Shown here in pieces: positions 1-9,063 of a DNA stretch of 64,000 nt (position 1 is its first letter; each line of letters opens with the position of its first letter). A model generated the notes under the pieces. It made no database searches, was not told the origin of the DNA, and saw only the letters and a list, made by a program, of their open reading frames with translations. The position numbers and the translations under genes are program-made. This stretch comes from Candidatus Cloacimonadales bacterium (GTDB taxonomy: Bacteria > Cloacimonadota > Cloacimonadia > Cloacimonadales > DAONDQ01): positions 2,944,001-3,008,000 of the forward strand of contig OY759316.1 in the NCBI GenBank assembly GCA_963662275.1, written 5' to 3'.

Positions 1-3000
1 CGGGCTTGACCACTAGTACCAGGTATTATTACAAGGGCTTTGCAACAAACGCTTTTGGAACAAGCTATACTACACAAGGTATGTTCTACACCGGAGCAAT
101 AATTGGGTGTGATGGTAATGTATCTATGACCTGTACTGTGGGCCAGAGAGCAAATTTGAGTTTTACGATAGATTATTATGGACTTACACCAGATCCAGGT
201 ACTTTAACAATATCATCTTATGGTAATTCCGATGAGTTTTTTAATAATTATTTCTCGACATGGCAATATGAAAATTCAAGTAGCCTGCTTACAGTACCTT
301 TTACCGATGGATCACATTTTAGGAAAACAATTTATGTGACATTTACCCCCAGTCAAGTCTTGTTATACGGGGGTATAGTTTCAAACAAAATAACCGTCAG
401 TGATGGTGCGACGACAGTAATCTATACATGCGTTATAACTGTCCAAGGATTACCGGTTGTTGGTAACCCGACGATTTTTGGCATAACACCGACTAGTGCA
501 GGTATTAAAGGTGTATGTATGAGGGATGGGAATTCCCAGATAACTTCCGCAGGCTTTTTTGATTTTGATCACAATTATACGCTTCCAGCCCATGGAACAG
601 GTTTTTACGAAACTGAGATATTTTATCTACCTACTACGACCAATCATCAAATTTGTTTTTATGCCACAAATAGTATTGGGACAACCTATTCAAATTGGAT
701 ATCATTTAATTCTGCACCTAATTTAAGCTTAACAGTGCTTACAGGAAATTTTGATGATACTCCCGTTGGAACTTCAAAAGATGAAGTTTTAGCTGTTAGA
801 GGGAACTCCCTGACACCGCCAGAAGGAAATATCATTATCACTGCACCGCCTGGATTTCAGCTTTCTGAGACAGAAGGCACAGGTTTTGTATCAAGTATTA
901 CAATTCCCTACAATTCTTATGGTCTAGGTTATGGCGGAGTTAGCAGTCAAATCTATATGCGGTTTACTCCACTCAACGCAATGAGTTATAACGACACTAT
1001 CTCCGTAGTAGGCGCAGGAATTATATATAAAGCTAATGTGTATGGCAATGGAATAGATATTCCGATTCTCACATTGCCCACTGCAACTAATGTAACAAAT
1101 ACAACTGCTGTGCTGGGAGCGAATATCAGTTCTCTCTACAATGGAAATGCCCTTGAACGAGGTATCTATTACTCCACCACCAGGGGCTTTACAGATGGCA
1201 CAGGCACCAAGGTCTCTACTACAGGAACATACAGTACGACAGGTGCTTTCACCATTAATGTGACCGGTCTATCACCCAATACGGTGTATTACTACAAAGG
1301 CTTTGCCAGAAATGCTGCGGGCAGTGGTTACACCAGTCAAGACAGCTTGACTACAACCAATGTCTTCCCACCTACAGTTTCATTACCTACTGCTACCAGT
1401 ATTACAAATACAACAGCAATACTGGGAGCGAATATTAGTTCATTTAATAACAGCAACGCTACAGAACGGGGTATCTACTACTCTACAACCAGGGGCTTTG
1501 CTGATGGTGCAGGTACAAAAGTATCCGAAACTGGCACATTCACTTCTACGGGGACTTTCACCATTAGTGTCACTGGTCTGTCACCCAATACGGTGTATTA
1601 TTACAAAGGCTTTGCCACCAACTCAGCCGGTAGTGGTTACACAGCACAGGACAGCTTGACGACCACTAATGTCTTCCCTCCGACGGTCGCATTGCCTACT
1701 GCAACAAGTATCACGAATACAACGGCTGTGCTGGGAGCGAATATCAGTTCACTTAATAACAGCAACGCTACGGAAAGAGGTATTTACTATTCAACAATTG
1801 ATGGTTTTGCAGACAGTACCGGTACGAAAGTATCTGAAACAGGGACATTCAGCTCAACAGGGGCTTTTACCTTTGATGTTTCAGGTCTGTCGCCCAATAC
1901 AGTGTACTATTACAAAGGCTTTGCTACTAATGAAGTCGGCAGAGGCGATACTTCTCAAGCTACTTTTACCACCACCAATGTCTTCCCACCGACAGTCTCA
2001 TTGCCTACTGCAACAAGTATCACGAATACAACGGCTGTGCTGGGAGCGAATATCAGTTCACTTAATAACAGCAACGCTACAGAACGGGGTATCTACTACT
2101 CTACAACCAGGGGCTTTGCTGATGGTACAGGTACAAAAGTGTCTGAAACAGGATCATTCAGTTCAACAGGTGCTTTCACCATTATTGTTACCGGACTGTC
2201 ATCCAATACCGTGTATTACTACAAAGGGTTTGCCACCAATGCTGCGGGTAGCGGATACACCAGTCAGGACAGCTTGACCACCACCAATATATTCCCACCG
2301 ACTGTAACATTGCCTACCGCTGCCGGCATTACTTATTCAGCAGCTTTGCTGGGAGCGAATATCAGTTCGTTTAACAACAGTGATGCGACAGAACGGGGTA
2401 TCTACTACTCCACAACCGACGGCTTTGCAGACGGAACTGGAACAAAATTGTCCGAAACAGGTACATTTACTTCTACTGGGGCTTTCACCATTTGTGTCAC
2501 TGATCTGTCGCCCAATACCGTGTATTATTACAAAGGCTTTGCCACTAATTCTGCCGGTACCGGTTATTCCCCCCAGGCGACTTTTACCACATATTACCAG
2601 CCTTTCGCCGGTATCTATACGATTGATAACACCTTGCCAACTGGCGGAACTAACTTTGCTTCCTTCACATCTGCAGTCAATGCACTGAACGCAGCCGGAA
2701 ACACGGCATCGGTGACTTTCCATGTGACTTCCGGGCAGACTTTTGTGGAAAACGTACCTCCAATTACCCTGAATGCTGTATCAGAAAAAGCCGTAACCTT
2801 TATAAAACAGGGTGAGCTGGCTAATCCGGTGATCAAAGCCGGTATCGGGAAAAACATGTCTGACGATGCTATCGTCACCTTCAAAGGCTGCGATTATATC
2901 ACTTTTGACGGTATTGATCTGCAAGAAAACACAGGGGTGAATACTAACGTTACAACCCAAGCTGAGTACGGCTTCAGTATCCTCAATAACGGTAATGATG

Positions 3001-6000
3001 ATGGGGCTCAACACAACACAATCCAGAACTGCACGGTCACTTTGGCATATGCAACTACTTACACAACCAAAGGATTCTATGTATATGGCAACGGTGCGAA
3101 AGATTTAGCCGCTAACTCCTATAACAGGTTCTATGGCAACTCCCTGAACGGTTGTGTTACCGGTTACTATCTATATGGTTCCACCGCATCTTCAGCGGAA
3201 GATATAGGTAATGAAATCGGCTCTTCCGCGCATGGCGGTACGATTACAGGTTGTGATTATGGGGTATATTATGCTTATCAAACATCATTGAAGGTCTATG
3301 ACCAGACTATCGTACTGAAAGGCGGTACTAGAATGACAATTTGCGGCATTTATGCAGATTCCGGTACAGCCTGCGCAAGTGAGATTTATAACAATAATAT
3401 ATCTTTGCAGGCAACCTCAATCTATGCTGCCTATTGTTTAGGAGTTCAAATTAGTTATGGCACTGCTTCCATTCATGATAACATCATCCATGATTTTTCC
3501 AATACATATACATCTACAGGAAGCGGTATGATTGGTATATATGTTGCAGCCGGTGCAGCAGGGGAGACGAATGTTATCTATAATAACCAAGTATATAACT
3601 TCAGTTCTTTACGGCACATCCAATATGGTATCAGTGTCTCAAACACCAGCAGCACCAACAACATTCACAACAATGTGATTCATGACTTCACAAGTGGAGC
3701 GACAAACGGTTATTACAAGTATGGCATCTTCTGTAATACCGGTGTTAATGATATATATAATAATGAGATCTATAACATGAACATCACAGTTGGCTCAGGA
3801 GCAACGATTTGCGGTATTGATATCGAAGGAGAAACCAGTACGATCCATGGTAACATCATCCGCAATATGATCAACAATAGCACAACCGTCTTTGAAACAT
3901 ATGGTATTATAAGTAATGCCAGAACTTCCTGCCAGATATACGACAACGTCATAAGAGCTATTTCAAGCAGCTCATCAAAAGTAACAGGTATTTACATGTA
4001 TACAGGAGCAGCCAATACAATCAGAAATAACAAAGTATATGATCTCACGTATTCAGGAAGCGGAACCTCCTATGTGTATGGAATGTTATTGAATTCTGGA
4101 ACAACCAATTACGTTTACAACAACTTTGTATCAGATCTCAAAGCTCCTGCGGCGGCATCTGGTACATCTCTGAAAATCACTGGTGTAAAGGTGCTCGGAG
4201 TAAACAACTATCTCTGGTACAATACGATCTTCCTGAACTCGGACGCTACAGGTACAAAAGTAAACAGCGCTGTAGTATATGTTGCTTCAGCTACATCCCT
4301 GGTCGATATGAAGAATAACATCTTTATAAATAAAAGTGCTACAGGTTCAACCGGTATCGCAAGTACGATATGGAAAACATTTACTACCTGGACCGGTTTC
4401 ACTTCTAACAACAATATTTATAATGCAGGTGAAAGCAGTACCCAGCACTTGATCTGCTTTGACGGTACCAACAGCTACCAAAGCCTGGATTCATTTAGAA
4501 CAACATCAGGCAATGACAGTTGCAGCTTTGTCGGTGACATCAACTTCATAAATGCTGTGACAGCTCCTTATGACCTGGATATCGACCCAGGTATACCTAG
4601 TATTGCGGCTGGACACGGTGTGGTGATCAATACTCCTATCGCCGTAACGGATGATTATCACTATCAGACTAGGGCAACCGGTCTTGCCTCTGATTTACCC
4701 ATTCCTCATGGTCCTGCTATCGGTGCCCAGGAAGTAATCATGGAATTAGTTCCACCCAGTGTTTCCTTACCTACTGCTGCGAGCATAGCTAATACAACCG
4801 CAGTTCTAGGAGCCACCATCACATCTTTCAATCGCATCAATGCAACAGAACGGGGTATCTACTACTCAACTACTGACGGTTTTGCGGATGGAACAGGAAC
4901 GAAGGTATCAGAAACTGGGACATTCAGCACTACTGGTGCTTTCACAATAGACATAACCGGTTTATCACCCAATACTGTGTATTATTACAAAGGCTTTGCC
5001 ACAAGTGAAGCCGGCAGCGGTTATACAGCTCAGGCTACTTTTACAACTACCAATTTCTTCCCGCCGATTGTAACATTGCCTACCGCTACAAGTATCACGA
5101 ATACAACCGCAGTCCTGGGAGCTAACATTAATGCTCTTAATGCTGGTAATGCCACGGAAAGAGGTATCTACTACTCAACTACAGACGGTTTTGCGGACGG
5201 ATCTGGAACTAAAGTATCTGAAACTGGGACATTCAGCACAACCGGTGCTTTCACCATTAGTGTCACAGGTTTGTCGCCTAATACCAAGTATTATTACAAA
5301 GGCTTTGCCACCAATGCAGCCGGCAGTGGATACACATTGCAGGACAGCTTGATAACAACCAATATCTTCCCTCCAACTGTTGAATCACCAATAGCAACAA
5401 GCATCACCAATACAACCGCTGTGATAGGAGCGAATATCAGTTCGTTTAACAACAGCAATGCGACAGAAAGAGGAATTTATTACTCAACAACCAATGGTTT
5501 TGCCAATGGTACAGGTACAAAAGTGTCCGAAACCGGCACATTCAGTTCTACCGGAGCTTTCAGCTTTAGTGTTACCGGATTATCAGTGAATACGGTTTAC
5601 TTCTACAAAGGCTATGCCACAAACACAGCCGGTAGTGGTTATTCCACACAGGGAACTTTTACTACAACAAACGTCTTCCCACCGACAGTAATATCACCTT
5701 CTTCTGCCAGCATTACTAACACAACCGCGGTACTGGGAGGTAATATCAGTGCTCTCAACAATAGCGATGCCACAGAAAGAGGCATTTATTACTCAACAAG
5801 CAGTGGTTTTGCCAATGGTACAGGTACAAAAGTGTCCGAAACTGGCACATTCAGTTCTACCGGAGTTTTCACCATTAGTGTTTCCGGATTATCCCCCAAT
5901 ACTTGGTACTATTACAAGGCATTTGCTACCAATGCAGCCGGCAGCGGTTATTCCACTCAGGCTAATTTTAAAACTACCAACGTTTTCCCACCAACGGTAA

Positions 6001-8672
6001 CATTGCCCACTGCTGCCAGCATTACTCAAACAACAGCTATGCTGGGAGCGAATATCAGTTCACTTAACAACAGCAATGCCTCAGAAAGAGGTATCTACTA
6101 TTCTACTACTAGTGGCTTTGCCGATAGTATAGCTATTAAAGTGTCCGAAACCGGGACATTCAGTTCTACTGGAGCTTTCACCCTTAGTATTACAGGATTA
6201 TCGCCAAAAACCGTGTATTATTACAAAGGGTTTGCTACCAATTCTGCCGGAACCGGATATACCCCACAAGCTACTTTTTCTACAATTTACCCTCCTTTCG
6301 CCGGTGTCTATACAATTGATAATACCTTGCCTACCAGCGAAACTAACTTTACTTCCTTCACATCGGCTGTTAATGCACTGAATGCAGCCGGAATCACGGA
6401 ACAGGTGACTTTCTATGTGACATCCGGGCAGACTTTTGTGGAAAACGTACCCGCGATCACCCTGAATGCTGCTTCCGATAAAACAGTAACCTTTGTGAAA
6501 CAGGGTGAGTTGGCTAATCCTGTGATCAAAGCCGGAATTGGTACGGGTACTGCTGATGCGATTGTCGCCTTTACAGGCTGTGATTACATCACTTTTGACA
6601 GTATTGATCTGAGTGAAAACACAGGTGTAAACAATACAGCCACAACACAAGCTGAATACGGCTTCAGAATCATCAACGGTAATACTGATGGTGCCCAACA
6701 TAACACCATCAGGAATTGCAATATCACCCTGGCGAATGCCGCTCCTGCTAATACGAATGGTTTCTACCTATTAGCGTCAGGAACCACTGCTGCCAAATCA
6801 AACTCTTACAACAAGTTCTATGGCAATTCCCTGAGAGGTTGTACTACCGGTTATTCTCTAAATGGTTCCACCACTTCTTCAGCGGAAGATACCGGTAATG
6901 AAATCGGTTCTACCACGTGTGGCGGTACAATTACCGGATGTGATTATGGGATTAATTATTCTTATCAAAAGTTATTGAAAGTCTATGACCAGGCAATCAT
7001 CCTAACAGGCGGTGCTGCAAAGGGTAATACTGGCATATGGGGTACTCAAGGTTTGACAAACACAGTAGAGATATATAACAACAATATCTCTATGCAGACA
7101 ACAGGGACCAGCAATAGCAGCATTTATGGAATCTGCATATCAGAAGGTGTAACGGCATCCATCCACAATAACGTAATCCATGATTTCTCCAGCACATATG
7201 CCTCCATTGGGAATGATATTTATGGCATAAGCTTAGTTATCAATTATGTGGATCAGACTAATGATATCTATAATAACCAGGTATATAACCTTAGTTCTTT
7301 GCGCCACACGCAATATGGTATCTTGACCAGAACTTCAGCTGCTGGAACCAACAACGTTTACGGTAATGTAATTCATGACATCACGAGTGGTGCGACAAAC
7401 GGTTCGTTCATGAAAGGCATCATGTGCGTAAACGGGGGAGTAAGGAATGTCTATAATAATGAGATATACAACATGAATATCACTGCCGGCACTGGTGGGG
7501 GTATTTCTGGCATACACGTCGGCGGGGGAATCAGTTCCGTCCACGGCAACATTATCCACAACTTGATCAACAATAGCACAACATCCAATAATACCTACGG
7601 TATTACCAGTGGTGTTACTACTTCCAGCCAGATTTACGATAACGTCGTAAGGGCTATTTCAAGCAGCTTATCAAATGTAGCAGGTATTTATATGAATTCC
7701 GGTTTAGCCAATACAATCAGAAACAACAAAGTGTATGATCTCACGAATTCAGGAAGCGGAACTTCTTATGTTTATGGGATGTTATTGGATATTGGAACAA
7801 AAAATTACGTTTACAACAACTTTGTATCAGACCTCAAAGCTCCTGCTGGTGACTCCGGTACAGTACCTAATATCGCTGGAATTAGTACCCAAGGAACGAA
7901 CAACTATCTCTGGTACAATACATTCTTCCTGAATTCCGACGCTACAGGTACAACCGTAAATAGCACTGTAGTTCATATATTTTCAGCCACATCGTTGGTC
8001 AATATGAAGAACAACATCATGATCAATAAAAGTGCTACAGGTTCAAACGGTATCGCAAGTACGATATGGAAAACATTTACTACCTGGACCGGTTTCACTT
8101 CTAACAACAATATTTATAATGCAGGTGAAAGCAGTACTCAACATTTGATCTGCTTTGATGGCACCAACAGCTACCAAAGCCTGGATTCATTTAGAACATC
8201 ATCAGGCAATGACAGCTGCAGCTTTGTCGGGGATGTCAACTTTGTAAATGCTGATACTGCTCCGTATGACCTGGATATCAATTCTGCACTGCCCAGCATT
8301 GCTGATGGGACGGGTGTTGTAATCACTACTCCAATCGCCGTAACTGATGATTATCACTATCAGACAAGGGCAACAGGACTTGCCGGCGATTTACCTGATA
8401 TCGGTGCTGATGAATTCGCTATCGAATTGCCGGCACCTTCTACACCCGAAAATGTCAGCCTTGCAAAAGAAACTGGCACTGGAAATCTGATCATTTCCTG
8501 GGATGCCTCAACAGGAAATGTTAGCGGATATCACGTCTATGGCTGCCCCAATCCTGATTTCTCAAGCCAAACCACTGTTCTGGTAGGCTCTACCTCAGCC
8601 TCAACGCTGACCCTAACAGTTCCTGCTTCTGAATTGCCCATCAGGATGTTCTACCGGGTGACTGCTTACTAA
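1..8672 (+). CDS. Giant secreted/surface protein, 5'-partial: Ig/FN3-like domains, two modules of [5 FN3-like repeats + beta-helix], C-terminal FN3-like domain
   Basis: Frame is open at the window edge (GGC TTG ACC..., middle of a 'GLxxxTxYYYKGFATN' repeat), so TTG at 6 is not the true start. Ten ERGIYYST repeats; two Asn/Ile/Gly-rich parallel beta-helix regions; ends RMFYRVTAY. Confidence 0.9.
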   Translation, partial: GLTTSTRYYYKGFATNAFGTSYTTQGMFYTGAIIGCDGNVSMTCTVGQRANLSFTIDYYGLTPDPGTLTISSYGNSDEFFNNYFSTWQYENSSSLLTVPFTDGSHFRKTIYVTFTPSQVLLYGGIVSNKITVSDGATTVIYTCVITVQGLPVVGNPTIFGITPTSAGIKGVCMRDGNSQITSAGFFDFDHNYTLPAHGTGFYETEIFYLPTTTNHQICFYATNSIGTTYSNWISFNSAPNLSLTVLTGNFDDTPVGTSKDEVLAVRGNSLTPPEGNIIITAPPGFQLSETEGTGFVSSITIPYNSYGLGYGGVSSQIYMRFTPLNAMSYNDTISVVGAGIIYKANVYGNGIDIPILTLPTATNVTNTTAVLGANISSLYNGNALERGIYYSTTRGFTDGTGTKVSTTGTYSTTGAFTINVTGLSPNTVYYYKGFARNAAGSGYTSQDSLTTTNVFPPTVSLPTATSITNTTAILGANISSFNNSNATERGIYYSTTRGFADGAGTKVSETGTFTSTGTFTISVTGLSPNTVYYYKGFATNSAGSGYTAQDSLTTTNVFPPTVALPTATSITNTTAVLGANISSLNNSNATERGIYYSTIDGFADSTGTKVSETGTFSSTGAFTFDVSGLSPNTVYYYKGFATNEVGRGDTSQATFTTTNVFPPTVSLPTATSITNTTAVLGANISSLNNSNATERGIYYSTTRGFADGTGTKVSETGSFSSTGAFTIIVTGLSSNTVYYYKGFATNAAGSGYTSQDSLTTTNIFPPTVTLPTAAGITYSAALLGANISSFNNSDATERGIYYSTTDGFADGTGTKLSETGTFTSTGAFTICVTDLSPNTVYYYKGFATNSAGTGYSPQATFTTYYQPFAGIYTIDNTLPTGGTNFASFTSAVNALNAAGNTASVTFHVTSGQTFVENVPPITLNAVSEKAVTFIKQGELANPVIKAGIGKNMSDDAIVTFKGCDYITFDGIDLQENTGVNTNVTTQAEYGFSILNNGNDDGAQHNTIQNCTVTLAYATTYTTKGFYVYGNGAKDLAANSYNRFYGNSLNGCVTGYYLYGSTASSAEDIGNEIGSSAHGGTITGCDYGVYYAYQTSLKVYDQTIVLKGGTRMTICGIYADSGTACASEIYNNNISLQATSIYAAYCLGVQISYGTASIHDNIIHDFSNTYTSTGSGMIGIYVAAGAAGETNVIYNNQVYNFSSLRHIQYGISVSNTSSTNNIHNNVIHDFTSGATNGYYKYGIFCNTGVNDIYNNEIYNMNITVGSGATICGIDIEGETSTIHGNIIRNMINNSTTVFETYGIISNARTSCQIYDNVIRAISSSSSKVTGIYMYTGAANTIRNNKVYDLTYSGSGTSYVYGMLLNSGTTNYVYNNFVSDLKAPAAASGTSLKITGVKVLGVNNYLWYNTIFLNSDATGTKVNSAVVYVASATSLVDMKNNIFINKSATGSTGIASTIWKTFTTWTGFTSNNNIYNAGESSTQHLICFDGTNSYQSLDSFRTTSGNDSCSFVGDINFINAVTAPYDLDIDPGIPSIAAGHGVVINTPIAVTDDYHYQTRATGLASDLPIPHGPAIGAQEVIMELVPPSVSLPTAASIANTTAVLGATITSFNRINATERGIYYSTTDGFADGTGTKVSETGTFSTTGAFTIDITGLSPNTVYYYKGFATSEAGSGYTAQATFTTTNFFPPIVTLPTATSITNTTAVLGANINALNAGNATERGIYYSTTDGFADGSGTKVSETGTFSTTGAFTISVTGLSPNTKYYYKGFATNAAGSGYTLQDSLITTNIFPPTVESPIATSITNTTAVIGANISSFNNSNATERGIYYSTTNGFANGTGTKVSETGTFSSTGAFSFSVTGLSVNTVYFYKGYATNTAGSGYSTQGTFTTTNVFPPTVISPSSASITNTTAVLGGNISALNNSDATERGIYYSTSSGFANGTGTKVSETGTFSSTGVFTISVSGLSPNTWYYYKAFATNAAGSGYSTQANFKTTNVFPPTVTLPTAASITQTTAMLGANISSLNNSNASERGIYYSTTSGFADSIAIKVSETGTFSSTGAFTLSITGLSPKTVYYYKGFATNSAGTGYTPQATFSTIYPPFAGVYTIDNTLPTSETNFTSFTSAVNALNAAGITEQVTFYVTSGQTFVENVPAITLNAASDKTVTFVKQGELANPVIKAGIGTGTADAIVAFTGCDYITFDSIDLSENTGVNNTATTQAEYGFRIINGNTDGAQHNTIRNCNITLANAAPANTNGFYLLASGTTAAKSNSYNKFYGNSLRGCTTGYSLNGSTTSSAEDTGNEIGSTTCGGTITGCDYGINYSYQKLLKVYDQAIILTGGAAKGNTGIWGTQGLTNTVEIYNNNISMQTTGTSNSSIYGICISEGVTASIHNNVIHDFSSTYASIGNDIYGISLVINYVDQTNDIYNNQVYNLSSLRHTQYGILTRTSAAGTNNVYGNVIHDITSGATNGSFMKGIMCVNGGVRNVYNNEIYNMNITAGTGGGISGIHVGGGISSVHGNIIHNLINNSTTSNNTYGITSGVTTSSQIYDNVVRAISSSLSNVAGIYMNSGLANTIRNNKVYDLTNSGSGTSYVYGMLLDIGTKNYVYNNFVSDLKAPAGDSGTVPNIAGISTQGTNNYLWYNTFFLNSDATGTTVNSTVVHIFSATSLVNMKNNIMINKSATGSNGIASTIWKTFTTWTGFTSNNNIYNAGESSTQHLICFDGTNSYQSLDSFRTSSGNDSCSFVGDVNFVNADTAPYDLDINSALPSIADGTGVVITTPIAVTDDYHYQTRATGLAGDLPDIGADEFAIELPAPSTPENVSLAKETGTGNLIISWDASTGNVSGYHVYGCPNPDFSSQTTVLVGSTSASTLTLTVPASELPIRMFYRVTAY
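1060..2595 (+). repeat. Five tandem 309-bp (103-aa) intragenic FN3-like repeats
   Basis: 'aatgtcttccc' recurs at 1359, 1668 and 1977 (period 309); the protein motif is repeated. Boundaries approximate. Confidence 0.9.
4750..6290 (+). repeat. Second block of five 103-aa FN3-like repeats
   Basis: Five further ERGIYYST units in the translation. Boundaries approximate. Confidence 0.9.
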
Positions 8673-8727
8673 AACGTCTCCTTGCTAAAATAGAAAACGA
8701 GCTGCTCAGCTCTTCTCTTCTCCTGTT

Positions 8728-8776
8728 CCCCTCCCTTTGGTTAAAGGGAGGGGTTAGGGGAGAGTTTGATTCTGCT
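8728..8776. repeat. REP-like palindrome CCCCTCCCTTT-N4-AAAGGGAGGGG plus conserved tail (copy 1)
   Basis: Hairpin followed by TTAGGGGAGAGTTTGATTCTGCT; related copies at 16601, 16655 and 55631. Confidence 0.85.
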
Positions 8777-8987
8777 CTGCACTACACCCTACCACCTACA
8801 ACCTTCTGCTATATTTGCACCTGCCTTCGAACTTCATACTTCAAAATGGGGGAGTTTTATTTCACGTGAAATTTCACTTTCAGTAAATTTCAGTGCCTTT
8901 TTGAAATAAATCTCGATGAGCCATTTTTACAGATTGTATAAAAACATACATATCATACATTTACAGATTTTTCTTAAAACAGTTTTA

Positions 8988-9004
8988 TTGGAATATATTT
9001 TGCG
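8988..9004 (+). promoter_or_regulatory. Putative sigma-54 (-24/-12) promoter
   Basis: TTGGAATATATTTTGCG: GG (8990-8991), 10 nt, GC (9002-9003); 60 nt before the ATG, which has RBS AAGGAG. Confidence 0.6.
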
Positions 9005-9063
9005 TTCTTCATGTCATATAAATAAAATGAAATAACTAAAACTATTAAGAATAAGGAGAGAAC

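Noticed and set aside
8759..8777. REP tail GGAGAGTTTGATTCTG resembles the 16S 5' end (GGAGAGTTTGATCCTG)
   Set aside because: The match is short, does not extend and is degraded in copy 4; probably coincidence.
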